Both the position numbers and the translations under genes were made by a program. From Candidatus Latescibacterota bacterium (GTDB taxonomy: Bacteria; Latescibacterota; UBA2968; UBA8231), in NCBI GenBank assembly GCA_965223905.1, contig CBDCXV010000010.1, positions 1,856,001 through 1,920,000 of the forward strand: a stretch of 64,000 bases of DNA, given 5' to 3'. Of this stretch, positions 53,465 to 61,598 are shown piece by piece. The notes beneath the pieces are model-generated. The model was given only the letters and a program-made list of their open reading frames with translations. It had not been told where the DNA came from and did no database searches. Each line of letters starts with the position of its first letter. The first letter of the stretch is position 1.

Positions 53465-54991
53465 ATGGCAGACGCAACTCAGGTATGGCCTGTAGGGATA
53501 CGCAAACAGCTGCTGTTTGACCGTCGCTTCGTCGACTCGTCCGCGGGCCTGCAGTTCACGGTCAATCCCCCCCTTCGCACACCCATCAATCTGCCATCGC
53601 TACGCGGTCTGCACGCCCGTCACTTCCTGACCGTGCTCGACGTCGACGATCGTTTCTGGATGTACTACCACCTGAGGCCTGACGAGACGCAAGAACGTGA
53701 TTGCGTGAATGGCATGTTCTGCCTGGCCTACTCGGACGACGGCATCGACTGGGAACTGGCGCCTGTGGACCAGTTCGAGGTGGAGGGATTGTCTCGGAAT
53801 AACGTGGTTATGCCCGGGGTGTTGGGAACGCCGTTCCTCGACCCCCAGGAGACCAGCGGTTGCAGATTCTGGTTTGCGGGAACAATGGGCGAGCGCACCG
53901 AGCCGCCGTTCTGGGACGAGGCCCGGGATACCTACTTCGGCGGTTACGACGCCCCCGACGGGCGCAGAGTCCACGCCGGGCTGTACCTGCTCCAATCCGA
54001 GGATGGCATTTCCTGGCGCCGGCAGCGCAGCGGAGTCATCGTGCCCTTTCGCTGCGACTCGCAGAACCAGGTCCTCTACGATGCCGGCGCCGGCGCCTAC
54101 GTCGCCTATGTGCGCGGCGCGTCCCCCGTGCCAGGAAGAAGGCGGACAGTTGCTCGTTTGACCTCCCCCGCGCTTACGGAGTTACCGTTTGATTTCGTTG
54201 AGGACACCACGTTACCCCGGAGCCCGGTCGGGCTGTACGACCGGTTGCCGCCGCAATGCGCCCCGTTCGTCATGGAGGGTGACGACCGTGATCCGCCGGC
54301 CACGGACGTCTACACGCCCTGCGTCAACCCGTACGCGTGGGCGGACGACGCTGTTTTTGCGTTCCCTACCGTGTTCCGCCATTACGAGGGGCAGGACAGC
54401 CATGGGCGGGACCAACGGGGGGAAAGCGCTAGCGACGGCCCGCTGGACGTGCAGCTTGCCGTGAGTCGCGATGGCGTCACATTCGAGCGGTTCCGTACGC
54501 CCTACGTTGGCCTTGGTCTGATGGAAGAGCCGCAGCTCGGGGGATCCGTGTACATGGGCGTAGGGCTGGTAAGGCGGGGGAACTTCATCTACCAGTACTA
54601 CGCCGAGGGAGCGCGCACCCATGTCCGTGAGGTCGACGTGAGCCTCTGGCAGGCCAAACAGCGCCTGGACGGTTTCGTCTCGGTGGATGCGGGGCCGGAT
54701 GGCGGGTGGTTCGTGACGCCGCCGATCGAGTTCGCAGGGAGCCGTCTGCTGCTGAACATCGACTGCGGCGCCATGGGCGAAGCGTGGGTCGGGCTCCAGG
54801 ACGAAACCGGCAAGCCGTTGCCCGGCTACACGTTCGAGGACGCCGTGTCGATCGACCGCAACGGTGTCGCGCAGGAGGTCTGGTGGCGGAGCGGCCCCGA
54901 TGTCGGCTCGCTGAGTGGTCGGCCTGTCCGGTTGAAGATTAAAATGCGTTCGGCGAAGCTCTACGCGTTCCAGTTCGTGGAGGCCAGCTGA
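53465..54991 (+). CDS. GH32/GH43-like beta-propeller protein, close paralog of 40160-41719
   Basis: High similarity including about 90 bp of upstream DNA. Confidence 0.7.
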   Translation: MADATQVWPVGIRKQLLFDRRFVDSSAGLQFTVNPPLRTPINLPSLRGLHARHFLTVLDVDDRFWMYYHLRPDETQERDCVNGMFCLAYSDDGIDWELAPVDQFEVEGLSRNNVVMPGVLGTPFLDPQETSGCRFWFAGTMGERTEPPFWDEARDTYFGGYDAPDGRRVHAGLYLLQSEDGISWRRQRSGVIVPFRCDSQNQVLYDAGAGAYVAYVRGASPVPGRRRTVARLTSPALTELPFDFVEDTTLPRSPVGLYDRLPPQCAPFVMEGDDRDPPATDVYTPCVNPYAWADDAVFAFPTVFRHYEGQDSHGRDQRGESASDGPLDVQLAVSRDGVTFERFRTPYVGLGLMEEPQLGGSVYMGVGLVRRGNFIYQYYAEGARTHVREVDVSLWQAKQRLDGFVSVDAGPDGGWFVTPPIEFAGSRLLLNIDCGAMGEAWVGLQDETGKPLPGYTFEDAVSIDRNGVAQEVWWRSGPDVGSLSGRPVRLKIKMRSAKLYAFQFVEAS

Positions 54992-55091
54992 TGCCCTTCC
55001 GTACCTGCGCCGGTCACAAGGCGCCCCCTGGCCTTCTCGGGAGAATGAGAATCTCGAGAAGGAGGGATTCATCAGATATGAGGGACAGGCG

Positions 55092-57770
55092 ATGAAGTGG
55101 GCATGGACAGCAGTAGCGTTGTTGATGGCGGGACAGGCGTGGGCGCAGGACTCGGAGCTTTCACCGACGGCACACCGGACGGTTCCGACTGAACGTCCGA
55201 GCGAGAACATCGCCCTCGGGGCGAGCTACACGATAGAGCCGAGTCCGAACTACAGGCTTTGCAGCGACCCCGGCGATTTCGAGCAACTGACCGATGGGGT
55301 CTACACGGAGGGCTATTTCTGGGCGCAGCTGTCGACCGTGGGCTACCAGGAAAGGACGCCCTCCATGGTGACGATTGACCTGGGCGAGGTGAAGCCGATA
55401 CGGGGGGTGTCCTACCACACCGCTGGGGGGTTTGCCGACGTGCTCTGGCCGCTGACGATCCGCATCCTCGTGGCGGGTGAAAATGAGGAGTTTCATGAGA
55501 TTGGCGACCTGGTCCAATTGAGCGAGGCACAGCACGGACCGCTCGCGCCGGTGAGGGCGACCGATGCCATGTGGGCGGTGGACACCGTCGGTTTCAGACA
55601 GGACCAGATCCACCATCACTACAACCTCAACCGGGATCGCTTCCCGGAGAAAATGACTCCCGAGGTTCGTGAGCAGGTCATCAAGGATGCCTACAAAACT
55701 CGAGCCGAGCAGTATGGGACGTACCGCTACTGGACAGACCGGCTGCGGACGCACGGGCGCTACGTCAGCCTGGTCGTGTGGAACGAGCCGTACACCTTCG
55801 TGGACGAGATCGAGGTCTACGCAGGAGAGCCGGGGTGGGTGGATGAGCCGCTGCCGGGACCGGCCTTCCCGGACGTTGAGACGTATGCGGTCAGGCTCGC
55901 CATCGAGAAAGGAATTCGGACCCGCCTGACGCAGGACATCGAGGCCTTGCGGCAGACGGCCGAAGACGGCATCCCGGCGCAGACACAGAGCGCTGTGATG
56001 GGCGAGCTGGCGACGGTGGAGGCGAATATGCGGCAGGCCAGCAGGTCCTTCGGCGATGACTTCGAGGCCGTGCTGCCGCTGAACTCGTGGCACGAACGGG
56101 TCCTGCAAACTCAAGCCCGACTCTGGCGCGCCAGGGGATTGGAGCCGCTCACGTTCTGGCGTTCAAATCTATGGGATCCCCTACCCCTGATCGGCACACC
56201 GGAAACGGCGGCCGAGCTGGCCGTCGAGGTGCACCTGATGCGGAATGAATACCGAGCGGCCGCCTTCAATGTCAGCAACAGTAGTGACGAGCCGATGCAG
56301 GTCGCCTTCCGCTTGAGCGGGCTTCCCGGGGGCGACAATCCGGAGTACGTGACCGTTCACGAGGTGATCTGGACGGACACGCGCAGCGGCGTGCCGGTGG
56401 CGGCGGCCCTGCCCGAGGTTGCCGCCGAGAGCGGTCTGTATGCGGTGACCGTGCCCGCTGGCATGACGCGACAGGTGTGGCTGACCTTCCATCCGGTCGA
56501 CGTAGAACCCGGCAACTACGAAGGTGAGGTGGTCGTAGAATTGACGCCCGGGGGCAAGCGGTTTCCCTTGCGCATGCACCTGTATCCGCTCGACTTCCCC
56601 AAGCAGCAGTCGCTTCACATGGGCGGCTGGGACTATACGGACGCGGTCGGTTGGCACCCCCTCGTGACGGAGCAGAACCGGTCGCTCATCATTCAGCACC
56701 TGCGCGAACGGTTCGTGGACTCGCCGTGGGGCTCGCCTCGGCTGCTGGATCCGAGCTACCCGGATGTGCAGGGCACACATGATGCGCAGGGGGTGATGAC
56801 GGCGCCCCCCAACACGACCAGGTTCGATGCATGGCTCGAGTTGTGGCCGGGTGCAGCCCAGTACCTCGTGTTCTGGCAAGTGGGCGATCGTTTCACTTCG
56901 ATGGGCGACAAGTACAGATGGGCCATGGGCACACCGGAGTTCGAGACGGCGGTCAGGGACTGGGTGACCTTCTGGGCCGAGTACATGGTGTCGAAAGGGT
57001 TGCAGCCCGAACAGCTGGCCCTGTTGCTGGTGGACGAGCCCGACGAGCCCTTCCAGGACGAGCTCATCCTGGCCTGGGCGAAGCCGATCCGCGAAGCGGA
57101 CACGGGAGTCCGCATCTGGGAGGATGTGACCCACGACGACATGGACGAGGCGAACCAGGAGATGATCGACGCGTGCCACGTGTTGTGCCCGAACTACCAG
57201 GCCTTCGTGAGCAAGGGCGAGGACTATCGCAAATACTACCTGACGAAGCGGGATCAGGGGATCGCGCTGGAATTCTACTCGTCATGGCCGAGTCGAATTT
57301 TCGATCCGTACGCGGGCCGGCTGAATGCTTGGTCATGCTGGCGCTACGGGGCCGATGCCTTCTACATGTGGTCGCTGACGGACACGGGCCACGCGTCATC
57401 GTGGAACGAATACCTGACTATCAAGAATGCCTACGCCCCCATCTTCATCGACGAGGAGTCGGTGACGGCCGGCAAACACCTCGAGGCAGCGCGGGAAGGG
57501 GTGGAGGACTACGAGTATTTCGCAATGCTGGACCGGGCGATCCAGGAAGCGTCTGCTCAGGGGATGACGGGTCCGGAGGTGGAGGAGGCGCGTCGGTTGC
57601 TGGAGAGCCTGCCGACCAGTGTCCTGGAGGCCGGGGGCCACGTGGATGGGCTCTACGACGACCAGCCGCTGAACGGCTTTCACTGGCTGAACGAGAAGGT
57701 GGACCGCACGTTGGCGGACGAGGCGCGGATTCAGGTGCTGGCGGCGTTGACGGCGCTGGCTGAGCTCTGA
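55092..57770 (+). CDS. Secreted DUF4091/GH123-like protein (paralog C, mosaic)
   Basis: Same family as 45753 and 48501. Confidence 0.6.
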   Translation: MKWAWTAVALLMAGQAWAQDSELSPTAHRTVPTERPSENIALGASYTIEPSPNYRLCSDPGDFEQLTDGVYTEGYFWAQLSTVGYQERTPSMVTIDLGEVKPIRGVSYHTAGGFADVLWPLTIRILVAGENEEFHEIGDLVQLSEAQHGPLAPVRATDAMWAVDTVGFRQDQIHHHYNLNRDRFPEKMTPEVREQVIKDAYKTRAEQYGTYRYWTDRLRTHGRYVSLVVWNEPYTFVDEIEVYAGEPGWVDEPLPGPAFPDVETYAVRLAIEKGIRTRLTQDIEALRQTAEDGIPAQTQSAVMGELATVEANMRQASRSFGDDFEAVLPLNSWHERVLQTQARLWRARGLEPLTFWRSNLWDPLPLIGTPETAAELAVEVHLMRNEYRAAAFNVSNSSDEPMQVAFRLSGLPGGDNPEYVTVHEVIWTDTRSGVPVAAALPEVAAESGLYAVTVPAGMTRQVWLTFHPVDVEPGNYEGEVVVELTPGGKRFPLRMHLYPLDFPKQQSLHMGGWDYTDAVGWHPLVTEQNRSLIIQHLRERFVDSPWGSPRLLDPSYPDVQGTHDAQGVMTAPPNTTRFDAWLELWPGAAQYLVFWQVGDRFTSMGDKYRWAMGTPEFETAVRDWVTFWAEYMVSKGLQPEQLALLLVDEPDEPFQDELILAWAKPIREADTGVRIWEDVTHDDMDEANQEMIDACHVLCPNYQAFVSKGEDYRKYYLTKRDQGIALEFYSSWPSRIFDPYAGRLNAWSCWRYGADAFYMWSLTDTGHASSWNEYLTIKNAYAPIFIDEESVTAGKHLEAAREGVEDYEYFAMLDRAIQEASAQGMTGPEVEEARRLLESLPTSVLEAGGHVDGLYDDQPLNGFHWLNEKVDRTLADEARIQVLAALTALAEL

Positions 57771-57939
57771 GGTCAGGCGGTTCGCCAGGGTGCGCGGTGC
57801 CCGACTGGACAAGACCGCTGATTTGGTCGCCCGGGGCGGGCCACCGATGGTTACAAACCTACCGTCAATTGTCGCTCCGTGACCCGCCAACCGCATCACT
57901 CGACGTGGTTCGACCGCTGAGGCTCGTGTTCGAGTGGGC

Positions 57940-57979
57940 TTGACAGTGTAACCCTGCTTCGTATATCCTAAGTATATAC
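57940..57979 (+). promoter_or_regulatory. mazEF promoter and operator
   Basis: TTGACA-18nt-TATCCT; palindrome GTATAT..ATATAC. Confidence 0.6.
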
Positions 57980-57996
57980 ATTCAAGGAGAGCCGAC

Positions 57997-58242
57997 ATGC
58001 CCAAAGTGCAGAAGTGGGGGAACAGTCAGGGACTGAGATTCCCCAAGGATGTTTTGGAACAAGCACGGATCGACGTTGGTGACGAAGTCGAAATCTCGGT
58101 CGAGAATCGTGCCATCGTTGTCCGTGCCAGGGGCCGAGCGGGAAGCAAGCACAACCTCGAGAAGCTTGTCGCCAAAATGCCAAAGCAGTACAAGCCGGTC
58201 GAAGAAGACTGGGGCGATGCGGTGGGAAAGGAAACCTGGTAG
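57997..58242 (+). CDS. mazE: AbrB/MazE antitoxin
   Basis: KVQKWGNSQGLRFPK..DWGDAVGKETW. Confidence 0.9.
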   Translation: MPKVQKWGNSQGLRFPKDVLEQARIDVGDEVEISVENRAIVVRARGRAGSKHNLEKLVAKMPKQYKPVEEDWGDAVGKETW

Positions 58243-58581
58243 GTGGCTGCGTACAAGCCCAAGCAAGGAGACTTTGTCGGACTGAGCTTCGACCCCCAAT
58301 CTGGCAATGAACAGAAGGGCCGCAGACCGGCCCTCGTGGTCAGCCGCGACCTCTTCAATCGACGCACGGGTCTGGCCATCGTCTGCCCCATCACCAAGAC
58401 CGACCGGCGAATGCCGTTTCATGTCGCCATTCCAGATGATCTACCGCTGACAGGCTTTGTGATGGTTGAGCAGGTCAAGTCGGTAGACTACTCCAGCCGG
58501 CGTGCCCACCGAATTGGACATGCGACACCCGACGTGATGGATGAGGTTCTGGCCATACTCGACTCCTGTATCTACGAATGA
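58243..58581 (+). CDS. mazF: PemK/MazF toxin
   Basis: FDPQSGNEQKGRRPALVVS..CPIT..QVKSVD. Confidence 0.9.
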   Translation: MAAYKPKQGDFVGLSFDPQSGNEQKGRRPALVVSRDLFNRRTGLAIVCPITKTDRRMPFHVAIPDDLPLTGFVMVEQVKSVDYSSRRAHRIGHATPDVMDEVLAILDSCIYE

Positions 58582-58768
58582 AAAGCGCCGCGAAGCCGAT
58601 CGCGACTCGTGGTGATGTGCGGCGAACTGGCTCATCTGCTCATCCGTCAGAATGCGTGATGGTGCACCCTGTTTCATGTAATGCTCCATTTACGCCTGGC
58701 GCGCGCTGATTTGGAGATCCCATGCCCGCCGGTAGTACTTCAGCGGGCCTGAGCTCTGAGGTCAGGCG

Positions 58769-59012
58769 TCCGGATCAGGATTTCATCGCCAGATACGCCG
58801 GTCAGTCTGAAGCGCGTCCCCTCGTCGCACCACCGCATTCCGTCCGGCGAAATCTGGACTCGCGCCTCCGCCGTTTCGACCGGCCCGCCCGACTCCAGTA
58901 CGCGGACGTAGAAGATGGCCTCCGATGCCCACGCCGCCTCGTAGGGCTCGGTCTCGAAGGCCCCGGCCCAGACGACATCGCGCTCCAACACCGTTGTGTG
59001 GCTCTGCCTCAT
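58769..59012 (-). pseudogene. Hypothetical protein, 3'-truncated
   Basis: TEPYEAAWASEAIF..QISPDGMRWCDEG, ending at the 20-bp repeat. Confidence 0.5.
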
Positions 59013-59062
59013 GTCACACCGAAACCTCGCTCAGAAGTCCCCCGACAGCGTCACCGAATCCG

Positions 59063-59461
59063 CGTACAAGGGCCCTTTTTTCCTGACGGAGGTATGTGGC
59101 AGGTCGGGCTTGAAAACGACAGTGGGTAGGATTGGTTACACTGTATCGCGTAATCGGCCGGTCTGTTGCTGATTTCGTTTCAAGGCCCTGCTCGTCGCGA
59201 GTGTGGTGTTCGGCGTACGGTTCGACCGAGGATCTCCTGCTCTCAGCTGCGGTCTCGGCAGGTACAGTCGTCCGATAATGCCTCTTGGTCTTGCAGGTGA
59301 CGGGCGTGGATCCAGGCGTGTGCCCTGCGTGCGGCCAAGGACGTATGCACACTGTGCAGATTCTCAGCCCATCGGAACAGCGCGCACCACCTGAATGGCG
59401 TCAATCGGCATGAGCACGCAGAATTCAATGGAACATCTCCACGCGACGGACAGACCGTGCC
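59063..59461 (-). mobile_element. IS91/ISCR mini-element copy B4 (long form, last ~10 nt of oriIS missing)
   Basis: Reverse match to B1; carries an in-frame IS91 tail [27 protein letters not shown] on the + strand. Confidence 0.8.
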
Positions 59462-59479
59462 TTCTTGCCTCTACACGGA

Positions 59480-59676
59480 GCGGTGTCGCTTTCAAAGACG
59501 AATCCCACGGCGAGATCACCTCGTGGTCATGGGACTTCGGCGACGAAACGACTTCGAACGAACAGCACCCGATACATCAGTACAGCGAAGCAGGAGAGTT
59601 TGTGGTGACCTTGCATGTCGAAGGTCCGAAGGGAAAGGCGCGTCGCGTCAAGGTGTATGAAGTGATGGTGAAGTGA
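59480..59676 (+). pseudogene. 3' fragment with PKD domain
   Basis: [25 protein letters not shown]. Confidence 0.75.
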
Positions 59677-59875
59677 TGCCGGCGAACCGGGAGTGCGTGC
59701 TGACGACGTCCAGACCACCTCGTTGCCACTACGGCAGCCTCGAGCAGACGATTCACGCCATCCGCGCCCACCGGCCGTTCGACCTAAATGCCGAGCGCTG
59801 GCGGGAGGCGCACCCAGGGGCCGACTTCGAGACGTGGCGCCGCCAGGCCCATGCATGTCTGCACGAGGGCCTCGG
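59676..59875 (+). pseudogene. 5' fragment of a probable alpha/beta hydrolase
   Basis: DFETWRRQAHACL resembles esterase N-termini; runs into an oriIS end. Confidence 0.4.
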
Positions 59876-59879
59876 CCCC

Positions 59880-59964
59880 TCAGACCAGCCTCAAATTTCT
59901 GACTCGACAGCATCTCCCAGCCGACATACACTACCCATAACGGCCGTCTATAATTCCTATACGT
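59880..59964 (+). mobile_element. Isolated IS91/ISCR oriIS end (family A)
   Basis: CTCGACAGCA..ACTACCCATAACGGCCGTCTATAATTCCTATACGT. Confidence 0.7.
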
Positions 59965-60060
59965 TCATAGAGCTGCCGGCAGTGATCCCCGTACTTGACG
60001 AAGCCCGGTAATGTTACCACTATCCGTGGCCCGTTCAAGACGGCAACGAGAGTTCTCGAC

Positions 60061-61269
60061 ATGAAACGTTCTAAGGCCGTGGGCTTGACCGTTGCAGTCG
60101 CCTCGGTTCTGGGCACCATAGCGCTGCTGTTTTTCATATACCTGGTCAACAGGGCCGTCGAGTCGCCTCACGCCTTTCAGGCCGCGGCGAGCACCAGTGA
60201 CGCCTGCCGACCCTGTCATCAGTCCCTATACGACAGCTACGTCAAAACGGGACACTACCTCACGTCCACTGTCGCTTCCGAAACGACCGTCATGGGCGAC
60301 TTCGGCGAAGGCCGCAATGTCGCGCGCACGCCGGTGCCCGAGCTGCAGTTCGTGATGGAGCGCAAGAGAGGCGGGTTTTATCAAACTGCCATGTACACCA
60401 AGGACTCGACACAGACATTCACCCGGCCTATGCAGATCGTGGTGGGCTCCGGAGAGCGGGCACAAACCTACACGTTCTGGGAGGGTGACAGACTGTTTCA
60501 ACTGCCCGGGATGTACTTCACGCCGGAAGCGACCTGGACCCTGGGTCCTGGTTATGAAAACTGGATCGCAACCTGGGAGGCTTTGCCGAAAAAGAGTCCG
60601 GGCATGCTGTACCAGCGACCGATCAGCGGACGCTGCATCGAGTGCCACGCCGCAACGGCAGTACCTGTTGGCGGCCCAGCAAGGTTCCGATTTCGGCCCG
60701 CCAGTTTCGAGGTAGGCATCAGCTGCGCGAACTGCCACGGTCCGGGCGCCCGACATATCGCCTTCCACGAGCAGAATTCGGAAGAGCAAGAGGGCCAACA
60801 CATCGTCAACCCGGCCAATCTCAGTCGATCGCAACAGATGTCTTCCTGCGCCCTGTGCCATGCCGGGCAGGGGATTCCAAAAACGCCGCCGCTGTCCTTC
60901 CGCCCGGGCGACGAAATCTCACAGCATCTCTTCTACCTGAAAGCGGAGCAGAAGAAGCTGTCCGTCCACGCCGGGCAGGTGCCATTCCTCCAGGAAAGTC
61001 GCTGTTTTGAAGAGTCGGGCGACATGACGTGTTCCACCTGCCACAATGTGCACGAAGACCAGACGGACCAGACCGCTATGTTTTCGCGCAAGTGCCTGAC
61101 CTGTCACGAACAATCCCACACTGAAGAGCCCGAACTGGCGCAGGGCGACCGCTGCACTCAATGCCACATGCCAGATCAGCAAGCGAGCAATCTGCCGGTG
61201 TTCCACGAGGGGGAGGAGTGGTTCCTGTCGATGGCCAATCACCGCATCGGGATCTTCGAGGACCAATAA
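60061..61269 (+). CDS. Multiheme c-type cytochrome (c554/c3-like), membrane-anchored
   Basis: Seven CxxCH motifs; N-terminal TM helix. Confidence 0.85.
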   Translation: MKRSKAVGLTVAVASVLGTIALLFFIYLVNRAVESPHAFQAAASTSDACRPCHQSLYDSYVKTGHYLTSTVASETTVMGDFGEGRNVARTPVPELQFVMERKRGGFYQTAMYTKDSTQTFTRPMQIVVGSGERAQTYTFWEGDRLFQLPGMYFTPEATWTLGPGYENWIATWEALPKKSPGMLYQRPISGRCIECHAATAVPVGGPARFRFRPASFEVGISCANCHGPGARHIAFHEQNSEEQEGQHIVNPANLSRSQQMSSCALCHAGQGIPKTPPLSFRPGDEISQHLFYLKAEQKKLSVHAGQVPFLQESRCFEESGDMTCSTCHNVHEDQTDQTAMFSRKCLTCHEQSHTEEPELAQGDRCTQCHMPDQQASNLPVFHEGEEWFLSMANHRIGIFEDQ

Positions 61270-61344
61270 CACACCCGAGCTCGTGTCAACGCTGCCGAGT
61301 CGGACTGCTCCCCACATGATCGCGAAATAGAGAGGGAAGCACTT

Positions 61345-61570
61345 GTGATCCACGCATGCGGAATCGCAGTGGCGGTGTTGCTGAGTATCTCACCTTCTCA
61401 TGCTCTGCAGCGGACCGATACGGAATTCAAGATCTTCCAGTTCCCCGCCGACATGATTCCCCGCATCGACGGCCAGACCGACGACTGGGCTATGGTGCCC
61501 GACAGGTACGCATATGGAACGGACCAGCTCTCCGACACAGTCAAGGGAAACTTCACCAACTACGACCCTC
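61345..61570 (+). pseudogene. 5' fragment of a PKD-domain family gene
   Basis: ALQRTDTEFKIFQFP..GNFTNYD, then diverges. Confidence 0.7.
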
Positions 61571-61598
61571 CCCGCGGGGCCGCCCTCAAACCCCTGCG

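Noticed and set aside
40160-54991. DGR template/variable repeat pairs among paralogs
   Set aside because: No reverse transcriptase; the differences are spread out and not adenine-specific.
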